DNA of 64,000 bases from the NCBI RefSeq assembly GCF_964355755.1, contig NC_092680.1, positions 17,121,045 through 17,185,044 on the forward strand, written 5' to 3'. This DNA comes from Antedon mediterranea (lineage: Eukaryota; Animalia; Echinodermata). The first letter of the stretch is position 1. Each line of letters starts with the position of its first letter. The notes under the pieces are model-generated. The model searched no databases. It was not told where the DNA came from and worked only from the letters and a program-made list of their open reading frames with translations. Below are positions 12,470 through 25,550 of the stretch, one piece after another. The translations under genes and the position numbers were made by a program.

Positions 12470-13360
12470 TGAAAAGAGATACTTTCCAAGCTCTAGGGAC
12501 CTAATGGTAGGGCATCCACATGTCAAAGATGTAAGAGATTCTATTCAAGCTAAAGGGATTTAATGGTAGGGCATCCACATATTAAATGTGAAAGAGATGC
12601 TATCCAAGTTATAGGAATTTATTGGTAGCTCATCCACATGTCCAATATGAAAGAGATGCTATCCAGGGAGTACAACTCCCTGATGCTATCCAAGTTATAG
12701 GAATTTAATGGCAGGGCATCCACATGTCCAATATGAAAGAGATGCTATCCAGGGAGTACAACTCCCTGATGCTATCCAAGTTATAGGAATTTAATGGTAG
12801 GGCATCCACACGTCCAATATGAAAGAGATGCTATCCAGGGAGTACAACTCCCTGATGCTATCCAAGTTATAGGAATTTAATGGTAGGGCATCCACATGTC
12901 CAATATGAAAGAGATGCTATCCAGGGAGTACAACTCCCTGATGCTATCCAAGTTATAGGAATTTAATGGTAGGGCATCCACATGTCCAATATGAAAGAGA
13001 TGCTATCCAGGGAGTACAACTCCCTGATGCTATCCAAGTTATAGGAATTTAATGGCAGGGCATCCACACGTCCAATATGAAAGAGATGCTATCCAGGGAG
13101 TACAACTCCCTGATGCTATCCAAGTTATAGGAATTTAATGGCAGGGCATCCACATGTCCAATATGAAAGAGATGCTATCCAGGGAGTACAACTCCCTGAT
13201 GCTATCCAAGTTATAGGAATTTAATGGCAGGGCATCCACACGTCCAATATGAAAGAGATGCTATCCAGGGAGTACAACTCCCTGATGCTATCCAAGTTAT
13301 AGGAATTTAATGGTAGGGCATCCACATGTCCAATATGAAAGAGATGCTATCCAAGCTATA
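12470..13360. repeat. Minisatellite: 3 diverged 59-bp units, then 8 near-identical 86-bp units, then a 59-type terminal junction
   Basis: GAGAT at 12476, 12535, 12594, 12653 (period 59); CAGGGAG at 12664, 12750 ... 13266 (period 86). Confidence 0.97.
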
Positions 13361-13877
13361 TATCAAAGAGATTTTTCATCATTATTTGTAAGATCGCTAG
13401 ACTCTTTATTTTTTTTATAAATATATAATATACAGTATATTAGTAATAGTTCCACCAGCTAATTGAACTTTATAATTAATATACAAATTTTTCTCACTAC
13501 AGTAACCAGATATAGTAGTATTATCTGATTGATGATTATTCAAGAGGGGAGGGGGGACATTTTATCGTTGATTTTTTGTATAATCAAATAAATCCACTAG
13601 ATATGAACAAATACAACACAAATAAGTAAAAATTGCTTGTTAAATTGTAGATCATGTCAATGAATTCTACTACAACAGAGATTTGTATTTGAATACGGTA
13701 CATACTGTACATACATATAGGTCCCTAGTACTGCTTTAACAACTGATAATACATTTTAATCTTTTCATAATAATATGCTTCATTTTTTACAATTTTCATA
13801 TCTTTCAAAGTTTTTTAAATTATATATAATTTTGTCACTTTGTATTGCTGTTGCCCATAAATCAATATTAAAAATAT

Positions 13878-14036
13878 GATTTGATTTGATTTGATCTTAT
13901 TCAGATTTCAATATAAAATTACAAGACAAAGATGAAAAATACAAAATGAAATAAGCATGGAAATGCACAGAACACAAGGAACCAAGGATAGCCCATAAAG
14001 TCGAAAAAAAACCCAACTTATTTCCAATGAGGTCCT
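13878..14036 (-). mobile_element. Probable LINE/SINE 3' end with (CAAAT)n tail
   Basis: (ATTTG)n tail plus AACTTATTTCCAATGAGGTCCT motif; a related motif with a (TTTA)n tail lies at 50041-50142. Confidence 0.45.
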
Positions 14037-14101
14037 ATAAACTAGAGCGACAAAAACAAAAACGGTAAATAAATAAATAAATATGGTTTGTTTATTAGTT
14101 A

Positions 14102-15423
14102 TCTATATATAAATTTACGTAAGGGCAAAATTCGGTAAATCGCGCCTTACTTCTATAATTTTTACTCGATGGTATATAAAGTTGGTTCGTACTTTCGGTA
14201 CTGATTTTAACCACCTGATGTAACCCTGTTTACTAATTAAATTAAGTTAGATAATTAGTTATTGACGGTTAAAACGAATTTAGGTTCTAAGATTTGCCCC
14301 AAATAGGGGTGTTTTCCGATCGTGGTATACACTGTCTAATGGATGTCCGTCTTGAAAAATACCCGCCACAAAAATGCGAGGAGGCTTCGCATTTTCCTAT
14401 CTCCTCCTACGATAATTGTTTTTAATGGCTGAAAACCGGTTGAACAGCTAGAGTACACCATCATAATGTTGAAGACAGGCCGATTTTCTTTAAAAAATAC
14501 TATTTTGATAGATTTAATATACGATTATACAAATCTATTGATTTGCGATGAATGGAACATCCCAATCTCTCAGTCTGCCAGAATTTGGTTTAACACAAGT
14601 ACTGTAGGTAAATTTATGAGCCCTTGGTTTAACACATACGGTAGGTAAATATATGGGCCCTTTGAGAATAAACTTGCGAGATTGTGGATAGGCTCTACTG
14701 TTAGATATATAAACACATTATTATATACAAATAAACTTTATACTGACAGTTCTTTCTCAACGTTTGTATTAATTAATAATTACCAAATATAAACGTCGTA
14801 GTGGTGTATCGTGACATGGTACTTTAATATTTCAATCGATTATGACAGTGACAGTTTTAACTAAACTAAATAAAGAATGTTCTCTAATATAATTAGGAAT
14901 CTCTTGCCATACACGGGGAAAATTAGTGTACAATGAATATTTAAAAGAAATAAATAAATAAATAAAATAAAAAAAGTATTAAATCGCAAATGTTTTACTG
15001 TATTTAGAGGTATATTATTTATAGGCCTATAAAACATGAAAAAAATATTTCGTTACTGAGTGGATAAAGAATATATTTAAAAATTGTTCCTCTTTGTACC
15101 TATCCGCTTTCCCATCCCTCAACCCTAATGTTACATACAAAGCACAAATTGGGTTTCTTTAAATGAGTCCAAATCAAAAACTTGGACTCATTTTGTGATA
15201 AGTTTCTCCTTCGGAAGTAATTCCCAGGGTGCTAATTTTAGTTGACTACATAAATCATCGTGTCTATTTATTTGTTTCTGTAAACGACAATGTATAGGCC
15301 TATAGTCCTGCGGTACGTACATTTGAAATCGCCAGTTTTGTTACGCTGAAATTACTGTGTATTCGAGAACCATCTGTGGGAACGACCTAGATGGTACGCG
15401 AGCGAAGCGAGCGTACCATCTAG
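14102..15423 (+). mobile_element. Non-autonomous Helitron (~1.3 kb)
   Basis: 5' A|TCTATATATAAA and 3' hairpin CTAGATGGTACGC-GAGCGAAGCGA-GCGTACCATCTAG|T; inserted between A and T with no TSD; interior is richer in CpG than the flanks. Confidence 0.75.
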
Positions 15424-16619
15424 TTAGTTTAATTTTCTTTATTATTCATTTAAATTCAAGGTTTATTCAAGTAAAAATCATACTTGCAACAGAAGGCTGC
15501 ATTCAAAACAATATTTACAAATATAATATAAAATGTGTTAAACATTAAACATAATTTTTTTGATAATATGTATTTTACCCCTGTTATTTAAAATACAGGA
15601 TCGTAAAGATTATGTTTCCATCCACCATAAAGTATCATATGGTGATAAAATACAGAAGAATATATTACCATCTGTCAAATGTAGGCCATCAGTTAACAAA
15701 TACAGTAAAACAAGAAAAAGCTTATTGCACAATCAAATTAAAGTCTCATCTTATATTTTAATTGTATGAGTGTAATAAATTGTGTAACTATATACATTGT
15801 AGATAGATCTAGGGAAAAGTGACTCACTGATAGATCCAAGTGGGAGAACTATATTTAGGGTTAAAGCAATGAAATACTGTATAATTATATAGAACAAAAG
15901 CAGAGATAACAAGCACGAATGTGCAATACTCGGGGTACAGCAAATGAAGCTGTAATGACGTCATAAGACCGGATGTAACGTCACATACACATCAATAACC
16001 TCGCTACCAAATACGGCTATACGGTACCATTTTCGAGACGTCATATGGCGGAAATTTAAAAATCCGGCTCTATAGCTTTGAGGGCATGTCCCTGTAGTAT
16101 ATTCATGTCAAATCCCAGCTCAATACTACAACGAATGAGGGAGGAGTAGTACTTTATAAACCGCACTTTATACTCAATAATGTCCAGATGGAGGAGGAGG
16201 AGGAGAAAATGAGTAAGTCTAAGACTCGGGTACCCCGAGTAAAAAGTAGTGAAAGAGGATAACATAATAATAATAATGGTAGTCTTATACATCTGATTCA
16301 CATTCTGATAAGATAACATTACTGATCCAGGTACTGCCAAAAATGTAAAGGAGTTTACTTGTGCTGTATGTGAGCAAGAATGGGTGCATCAATAACAATT
16401 AAAATTCTTAAATGGCTTAAACATGCATTAGTTAACAATTTTGGCTATTTTAAAAATTATGAATGCGTCTATGCGCATATTATTATGCATTTACACAATT
16501 TGTTTATTCTTGTATAATATATGACCTGAAGTTTATAATTTCTAAATATTGTGTATTTATGGTGCTGTGAATATAACTAAAAGCGTTAATTTACAAAATT
16601 GGGTATAGATAAAGATTTC

Positions 16620-16700
16620 CAGTCAGAATCCATTCAGTAGTTTTGACATAAAACAAACAGAAAGACAAATAAATAAATAACCTTCTTGGCAGAGGTAATT
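16620..16700. repeat. End of a common non-autonomous element (AACCTTCTTGGCAGAGGTAA terminus preceded by ACAA/ACAG repeats)
   Basis: Short terminal hairpin plus microsatellite-like ACAAACAGA; superfamily uncertain. Confidence 0.35.
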
Positions 16701-17579
16701 TTTGTGTATGTGTGTTCTCTGTTACTTTCACAATAGTGTTAACATATATATATTGCTCATTGTTAGTTCACAGGAAAGTGTCTCCTGAAGAGGGTGTCCT
16801 CTAAATAGGTTTGTCTCAAAAGAGGATTTAAAGGATTCATCAATCTGTAAATGTATTGGATGACTGCGGTGTGACTCATTATTAATATTAAAGAATAGAA
16901 AACAATAAAACACATATTCCAAAGAAAGAACAAAAGAGTTATTTTTATCTTCTTAGACTGATTCCCGAAGGACCGTGATGGCGCAAACAAGACTGCTCTA
17001 ATGTACGGCTATGTTTCTTGTAGTTAAATTCCAATAAGATCATAATTACAAGAAAATGCTCATAATCAGCAAGCCTGAAGAGTGTCTGAAGTGTTAATCT
17101 ACTGGTCAGTTCGGTTCGTTTTTGTCTGTTCCGTCGAATGATAGATTGTGACGTGATCAGAATAAGTTACTCTAACTTCAAAGGAAAAAATTCTATAAAA
17201 CATGAAGTACTGATACAGTTCATCTCTTTTAATGACGATGTTTGATCAAGCATCATACTAATGGGATTTAACTATATATATGAAAAACTAAGTGAACAAT
17301 ATCTTGTTGTCTTTTATAAAAATAATTATGATTTACATCTACTTCATAAAGTTTCACAGTTGGCGTTGGCCTACTTTTGTATTAAGCTTGTGTGGATTAC
17401 ACTGCTAGTATAACTGCTATAACTGTAGTGGTGTAAAAGTTTGAATTCATTTCTGGAAAACAATTTCTTGTTTATCATCATGATTCAAATGCAGTAGAAC
17501 CTCTATTAAGGGGACACCAAATTGTTAAAATATAATGTATAATGTACCTCATTCAAGAAAGCGTCCTTAGAAAACTTAA

Positions 17580-18187
17580 AGCTCAGATACAGGCATGAAT
17601 TTTAAATATAATATTTGGTTAATTGTACATAAATCAAATATTTGTAACAGAAATCAAGACGAAAAAAAATTAATTTCCCTTAATATGGTCAAATACCAAA
17701 TTTGGCAAAATTCTTCCATAAAAACCAGCAAGACTTTTTTTCAGTAGTTAGGTAGTTAACCTAATGTAATAACATTTCTGGTGACTCCCTAGACGGTGAA
17801 AAAAGATGGTGGATATACGGTGGATAATTTTTGCTATATAGCATGAAAATAAAAATCTGAAGTTAAATAAAAATATCAGAAATGTAATATTCAAGTTATA
17901 TTACCTATATTTAGTCATCTGATAACATTTTTTATCACACCGTTTATTTTTCATAGCTTTTAAAAATGCCTCTCTATTTACAAAATTTGTGTACAAAAGA
18001 ATAGAGATTTTACTGTGTAATTTGAACTATCCCCCCCCCCCCACCCCCACTGATAAGAAAGTGCTTATTTTCAACAAGCTCATGTAACACAAATAAAATC
18101 TCAAAAATTATGAAACATTGAGGAAACTATAGATCGATAATTATTGGAATGTATGATCAATAGAAATTTTTTGCCCGCACCTGGCCT
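17580..18187 (+). mobile_element. Kolobok-like non-autonomous DNA transposon, copy 1 (608 bp)
   Basis: TTAA|AGCTCAGATACAGGCA ... TGCCCGCACCTGGCCT|TTAA: TTAA TSD and AG-starting imperfect TIR; highly similar to the copies at 33933 and 53382. Confidence 0.85.
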
Positions 18188-18279
18188 TTAAGATTTATGA
18201 AATATAGGTATCATAATGAGGCCAAAAATGCTTTCTAATTGCTGTTAAGTTTTTACTACGGTAATTACAATCAAATTAA

Positions 18280-19625
18280 TAGGGCTATAGTTATGCATCC
18301 ATTTTACCTATAGGAAATGGTCTATAGTGTTATTGCTCTGGTTTTGGTCACTAATTAGAGCTATCGTGTGTTGATTTATGCTACTCTACAACAAGAAAAT
18401 TGTTTCTAGTGCTATAATATTGCTTGGTCTTTAATTAGAGTCACATTAGAGCTATGCATTTATTTTAACTACATGAAAATGGTCTATAGTGTTATATTGA
18501 TCTAAAGTTTTGGTCACTAATTAGAATCACTTTAATTAACACTTTGACTGCCAGAGGTTTTTCCAGTTAGAAACTGCCACCGCCAGCGTTTTTAGCCCAA
18601 TTCGATGTTTTTATTAAAGTTGATTGAAACCATGTATGTGATCTGATTTATATGTAATTTAGACTAAAATAATCATAAAGATTTTAGCTTTACAATGGTA
18701 CCAAGAACGATTTTTAAATCGCAATATGTAAATTGTAATAGTAAAATGAATGCCTATAAAAACAAGTTATCACTATCGAAAAATGTATTACATTTTATAA
18801 ATCATAAATCTTACATCAATGTTTCGCCAAAATCCACATAGTAAAGACACCAGGCCTAGTTAACCAGGCCTAAAGTTGGTCCGGAACCGTTTTACGACTA
18901 GGGCTAGGCTAGCCTAGGCCTAGTACTACTAGCCTAGGCCTAGGAGATAGTAAACTAATGATAATAACCATACCATTTCAAAACAAGTTTGTTGCGTGAA
19001 ACTCGTTCACTTTCAGTAAAACACCAAAATAATTAGGGTATACATACAATAATAAAAGTAAAGACTTCATATTGAAAATGACTCGATTATTTTTTATTCA
19101 GATAACAAACAAACATGTCAATCCACAAAAACCTTTGTAATGCTTCGGCGGCATAGCTAGCGCGCGACTGATACACAATGCGCCAAGCCATCGCTCTACG
19201 TGCTACTGTGATGCGCGGTGTTTGTTATTTCGACAGGTACCATTTTGACAGTCGTTCGTAACCAGATTAGTTACTTTCAAATTGTAAAATATTGATGGTC
19301 CAGACCGAATATAGTGTTCATATTTATAGTATATACCAATAATTAACCTATCTACCGGATTTCGTAAAAAAACGCGAAAAACGAAGATCTTCGTTTTTGG
19401 CAGTCAAGCGTTGTGTTTCCAAAAACGAAGATCTTCGTGTTTGGCAGTCAAAGTGTTAAGACTTCGTTTGAGATACAGTAAAATGGTCTATAGTGTTATA
19501 TTGGTCTAAAGTTTTGGTCACTAATTAGAATCACTTTAATTAAGACTTCGTTTGAGATACAGTAAAATGGTCTCATAGTGTTATATTGGTCTTAAGTTTT
19601 GGTCAACAATTAGAATTATTTTAAG
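18280..19625. repeat. Degenerate ~80-84 bp tandem repeat (about 5 units) interrupted by a piggyBac-like insertion
   Basis: AAATGGTCTATAGTGTTAT-like motif at about 18315, 18397, 18477, 19481 and 19565. Confidence 0.85.
18540..19455. mobile_element. piggyBac-like non-autonomous element (916 bp)
   Basis: TTAA|CACTTTGACTGCCA ... TGGCAGTCAAAGTG|TTAA perfect 14-bp TIR; duplicated subterminal palindrome ACGAAGATCTTCGT; empty site TTTAATTAAGACTTCG seen in the next repeat unit. Confidence 0.92.
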
Positions 19626-22600
19626 AACATATTTTTGTCACTAATGCAGATATATTTAATTGGTAATAAATATATCAGTTTTTGTTATCGTTCTATAAGT
19701 TTTAACATGTTTTATTTACAAGTAGCAATTCTATTTTACAGCTTTTATGTCATATCTTTAATACAAAAAGCATGTCCATATGTCTTTGTATAGTGTACTA
19801 ACACCAAACACCATTTATGGCTTACTATATGTATCTTCAATATTACCATCAAGTGCAAACATATCTCTGTTGATCTCATAATAAGAATCTCAAAATACCG
19901 CTTTTGAAATCGACACGACTAAGTTACACCTGAACGGTGATTATATTGGATGCCGCCAAAAGATTTTACATTTACTTCAAAAGTATCGGATTTAATTTGT
20001 TAGTAAAAAAAACCTAAACTTTTTTTATTTGCACAGTTACTAAAAGTAGGTCTTATAAAAGATGACACAGATATATGAACTGATGTTAGAATGGACAATA
20101 TGTACTTTTTATGTACTGGTAGGCCAGTAGTTAAGTGCTATAGATATTAACACTGTAGTATTTGATTGATGTTAGTTCATTATTTAATGTTTTATAGTAA
20201 TGTGCACTAATGGCAAAAATAATGTAATAATAAAATAATTATTTAATCCACAATAGTAAATTTTGCAGAACATTTTTTAATATTCATTTTATATTTCATT
20301 AATTTTTTAATGATAAACTGTCTAAAAAAAACTAAGAGTAAGTTTAAAAACTAATTTTATGAGTTATCAGTTAAAAAACAGAATGAATGAATTGTGAAAT
20401 ATATTGTATACTATATTTTTTATACCAGAATTACAAGTTGAAGGTTGAAAGAAAGAAAATTTCTGATTTTCTGGGAGTTCTTGGAAAATATACTTTAATG
20501 TAAACAATTTAATTTTGCTAAATTAGCAAGGTCAAGTGCATCTTTATTTTAAACAGAAGAATGTCTACAATAAGGTCTAAATTGTTTGATGAAAGTAATG
20601 CAACTGTTCGGTGTAATAATCAACAATTTAAAATAAAAGGTGAGGAAATAAAGAAAGTGCAAAAATAAGGCCAGGAGAAGGTGAATATATGATATGAGAT
20701 CCATATTCATGTTTCATATTTCAATTCAACCTGAAAAGATTCCACGAAAATCCTGCAATATGAAACCAAGATTCACGATGTTTTATCTCCTAGCTTTAAG
20801 AAGTCTAATCTAATACGACATTTGCTTTTAGTGCAAACACATCTGCATAACAAACGGTCGTTATAGCACGTCACCTGATCCTCGGTATTGCCCGTCACAT
20901 GATCTTTCTACTCACAGCGTTTAATTGACCCTTGATGCACCGTGCACAGTCGCGGATGTCTTGTGTAATTTTAGTATTATTTTGATTGGATTAGTAGGAT
21001 TAATTGGCACAGGTGTGAGGTCTTTGGAGGTTGGTATGGATTCACACATTGGGTCTGAATCTATCAGCAGGGATGGTCACTACGTGAAGGTATCCATCAA
21101 TATAGGTACAGTAGCATAGACGTTAATAAGTGTACTAACTAATCATCAGAGACAGCCTCTACAGTAGCACAAAAGTGAATAATTAGATACTCATACCAAA
21201 GGGAATATAACGTGTGATACAGTAGCAGTGTTTAAAAATGTGTGGATGCCTTGGTTGGGTTAGTCTGGGCTCCAGACGGAGTTTTGTCTTAATATTAGTA
21301 AAAATATAATTATCTTTGCACATATGGCGTTTCATACGTGTATTACTTGAGCAGACAAAAATCGACGTGTGTAATGACATAAAAAAGACAATAAATAGGC
21401 CTACAGACTTGGAGCAAGTCTATGGTTGGGTTTGACATTACCATTAAAAACAATTTACTGTAAAATATTCTTAAAAAGATTGGCCTTACGTTACTAATAT
21501 TAAACAAATTATAATAATTTTTTTGATAGCCTAAAGTAAATTAGCAAAAGATTTTAAAATGAATATGGTGGAAACCCCTGAAAACGCAATGTTATTTTTG
21601 TTTTTTACACTTGGTTGGTCACAACTATGTCATCTCTGCAAAACGGGTTCCATTAAAAAAAATTAAAAATACGCAATAAATACATTCAATTTATACTACC
21701 AATCATACATACAAACAACTTTTTTTCAACATTCTAATTACATTTCCTACCTGTACACATATTCCTACCCCCAAGTAATGCGCAACCTTCAACATTCATG
21801 GTATGGTAAAAAAACAATTTTCTGCTAGTTTTATTGTACATTGTATGTTGCCATAAGCCATGCTCCAAGCTAAAGATAATGACATTCCTATTTAATGTGA
21901 TTACATGTGCATAGATGCTGAAGGTGACAACACATTTATGGAATCAGTCTGTCAATCTAGCCTAAAGTATAAGTAGCATGGAACACATCAGATGTTGATT
22001 GCCTTAAGTGGTCTACAAATGATCTTAACACTAGATGGCTATAAATCGTATAGCTATATACTGTACCCGGGCTATATATAAGTGGTCTTATATAAAACCA
22101 TTAATTATATATAAAACCATTGGTTATATCAGAAAGTTGTACAACTCGCTGGTTATATTATAATGTTTTATAACACACCTGCTTATATTCTTGCAATTTG
22201 ATTGAGTAAATTACGCACCACGTGCCATTCGGTATTAGTTCTACCTAACGAAAAAGTGATATCTAATGGTGATAATTTTACCATGTGACATTGTTGATTG
22301 TGTTCGAAAATCAACAGGGAGCACTGCCTTTTAAATATCCCAGCTTTCCGGCCTAGCCTTTCGTCAATGAGATATGGTGGATACATTTAATCAAGTTTAT
22401 ATTAGAGCAATAAATGATGAAAGTTTTGTTTCGTTGAATGGAGAGAATAAAAAATAGTAAAATTTAAGACATGGTACCGTTTTAAAATATTTACATTTTT
22501 GGAAGGCAATAAATGGATTATCGCAATTTCTAGAATTTATTTTTTCTCAATAAAGTGTTGGCATTATCCTAAAGTCATGGGTTTAACAGCTATGTATAGC

Positions 22601-23364
22601 ATGCTGACAAAAGCATTACGTAGGTGGCTAACCATTTGTAATCAAAACACATTATTTCAATTTACATAAAATTTTGATCCATCATTTTAAAAAGGAAAAA
22701 AAATAAATAAAAAAATTACAATTATTGATTTTCATCAGAATGAGGTGCATACAACCAACTGATAACCATAACATCTGCTAAAGTTCAAATGAAAAATATG
22801 TTGGTAGTTAACTTTTTCGACAAAATGGAGCCATACAAATATGATATAGAGCCTATATGATCTCTATTTAGTATGACTTGCAAATGACCGGTAAATTACC
22901 TAATCATTATTTGATGGTAACAGCATTTGAAAGCATTTGATTTAGGATTCATTTTGTTGTTTTGCCCCAGAAGACTTGATGACTAACATGACATCGTAAC
23001 ATTAAGGATAATGTAAAACGGCCTCAACTAATAAATCAAAGATGTTGCCGAAACAATTTGTCTGTGAGGTCAGCGTTGGGTCATCGTTTTCATCTGGTGA
23101 TGAAATATAGGGACTGTGTTAAGTAAGTCAAGGAGAACATTGATGGGCTTTGGAAAATGGTCAATCAAGAATAAGATGAATCTTGAATAGATTAAATTGT
23201 TTAATTGCAGATGGAAAACCACAAACTAAGTTTTGAATGGTCACAAGATCAAGCTAAAAACAAAGCAATCAAGATATGCATAGGATCCCTGGTTTAGCTC
23301 ATAATATACTGTAGCTACTCACTCTATAATTATAAATATAATAATTTACAACCATACTTGCTTA

Positions 23365-24420
23365 GAGTGTATGACACTGAACCCACTGAAAGTGTCTATT
23401 GATCCAATCCACAAGACACTGAAAGTGTCTGTTAAAGCATTCACAAGACACTGAAAGTAAGTGTCTATTGATCCAATCCACAAGACACTGAAAGTATCTG
23501 TTAAAGCATGCACAAGACACTGAAAATAAGTGTCTATTGAACCAATCCACAAGACACTGAAAGTAAGTGTCTATTGATCCAATCCACAAGACACTGAAAG
23601 TAAGTGTCTATTGAACCAATCCATAAGACACTGAAAGTAAGTGTCTATTGAACCAATCCACAAGACACTGAAAGTATCTGTTAAAGCATGCACAAGACAC
23701 TGAAAGTAAGTGTCTATTGAACCAATCCACAAGACACTGAAAGTAAGTGTCTATTGAACCAATCCACAAGACACTGAAAGTAAGTGTCTATTGAACCAAT
23801 CCACAAGACACTGAAAGTGTCTGTTAAAGCATGCACAAGACACTGAAAGTAAGTGTCTATTGAACCAATCCACAAGACACTGAAAGTAAGTGTCTATTGA
23901 ACCAATCCACAAGACACTGAAAGTAAGTGTCTATTGAACCAATCCACAAGACACTGAAAGTATCTGTTAAAGCATGCACAAGACACTGAAAGTAAGTGTC
24001 TATTGAACCAATCCACAAGACACTGAAAGTATCTGTTAAAGCATGCACAAGACACTGAAAGTAAGTGTCTATTGATCCAATCCACAAGACACTTACTTAA
24101 AGTGTATGACACTGAACCCACTGAAAGTGTATGTTGATCCAATCCACAAAACAATCCACAAGACACTGAAAATGTCTGTTGATTCAATCCACAAGACACT
24201 GAAAGGGTCTGTTGATTCAATCCACAAGACACTTAATTTATATGTATGACATTGAACCAATCCACAAAACACTGAAAGTGTATGTTGATCCAAATCCACA
24301 AGACTCTTACTTAAAGTGTATGACACTGAACCAATCCACAAGACACTGAAAGTGTTTGTTGATCCAATCCACAAGACACTGAAAGTGTCTGTTGATCCAA
24401 TCCACAAGACACTTACTGAC
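23365..24420. repeat. Compound minisatellite of 37-, 33- and 32-bp variants (about 30 units)
   Basis: Constant CACAAGACACTGAAAGT followed by AAGTGTCTATTGA(A/T)CCAATC or ATCTGTTAAAGCATG. Confidence 0.97.
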
Positions 24421-25357
24421 AGTGTTTTTGACTGATGATTCAATTCAATATCTATAAATTTGAAAGAGATTTAAATTAATTTAGATTGAGGTATATCTCT
24501 TCAATTAGAAATAAAGAACCAATTATGATATTAAAATTCTGTTTTACATATTGAACCAATTAAACAAGAAATATTTCTTACAAAAAACACTGCTCGACAT
24601 TTTAAAATTATTCATTGTTCTTTTGATTAATATTAAAAAGATGTCCTTTAATCGCAAAGATACATACAAATCCCAGATATTTCTTTAATTATGAATCACA
24701 TGCCCATAAAAAACTTTAAATAGAAATTCTGATTAAACAATATTCACTGTTTAACACATATCTGAAACCATATCATCAACTTCGCATTGAAATTCAATAT
24801 TCTACAATTTATTTGAATCATGTATTTCACAGGTAATATTACAGTACCATAACCTCTCATTCTGCATATCCAAATCCCCGAGATGAAAAGTAAATAAAAT
24901 AGAAACAAGCGTTTAAGACCAGGTAAATATAGCGAGAACAATAAAATGTTTACCTTGCACTTTTAGTGTTTACAAAAAGCTTATAACACCTGTGTTAAAG
25001 GAGGCTCAATGCCCTCTTGTAACTTATTGGCGCACCTCAATGGAATTGGTGTCTATTGTTCACAAATACCTTTCAATTGTACAACCAGCTTCAAGTTCTA
25101 TACTTAGTTCTATACTTTCTTTAAATAAATAAGATTTGCTTTTGTGTAAGGTTTACTTTCAAATTTCAGGTACTATTTCAAAAGTTATAAATGTAGGGTA
25201 TAAAGTGGAAAATAAAATTCAGTTGAATGTACTTATGTACTGAAAGATAGAATGTTCTATTTGAAAAGTAAATTGTAATTGACTTGTGGTTATATGTGTT
25301 TATAATGTACAAGAGCCATGTGACTTATTAACTATCTGTTTCTGCGACCCTAATTTT

Positions 25358-25550
25358 GCAACCTCCTTTAAGTGTTTTTTACACCGGCTGCGGCTTGACT
25401 TCGGCAAATAAATTGATTTTTTTTTGCATGATGCTCCATGTGGCTACGCGCGCATAGCTATTGGTGTAGCCGTGTGATCATGAAAACGAAATATTGGTGT
25501 TTGATTTTATTTGCCTGCAGTAAGACTGGAGCAGTTATAAAATAACCCTT
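25358..25550. mobile_element. Diverged palindromic MITE (Harbinger-like family C)
   Basis: Central GC-rich palindrome ATGCTCCATGTGGCTAC...GTAGCCGTGTGATCAT; related pieces at 27535-27635 (..CAGGTGTGAAAGAACCCT) and 63225-63350 (AGGGCCTTTCACACCTG..). Confidence 0.5.

Noticed and set aside
12664-13290. CRISPR-like hairpin repeats
   Set aside because: The sequences between hairpins are identical apart from two SNPs, so this is a tandem repeat
23365-24420. CRISPR-like array (constant palindromic block plus intervening sequence)
   Set aside because: The intervening sequences are only 2-3 recurring variants rather than unique spacers, there are no cas genes, and the context is eukaryotic
23346-24443. 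Repetitive ORFs (WIGSIDTYFQCLV...)
   Set aside because: They are translations of the minisatellite, with frame changes between units
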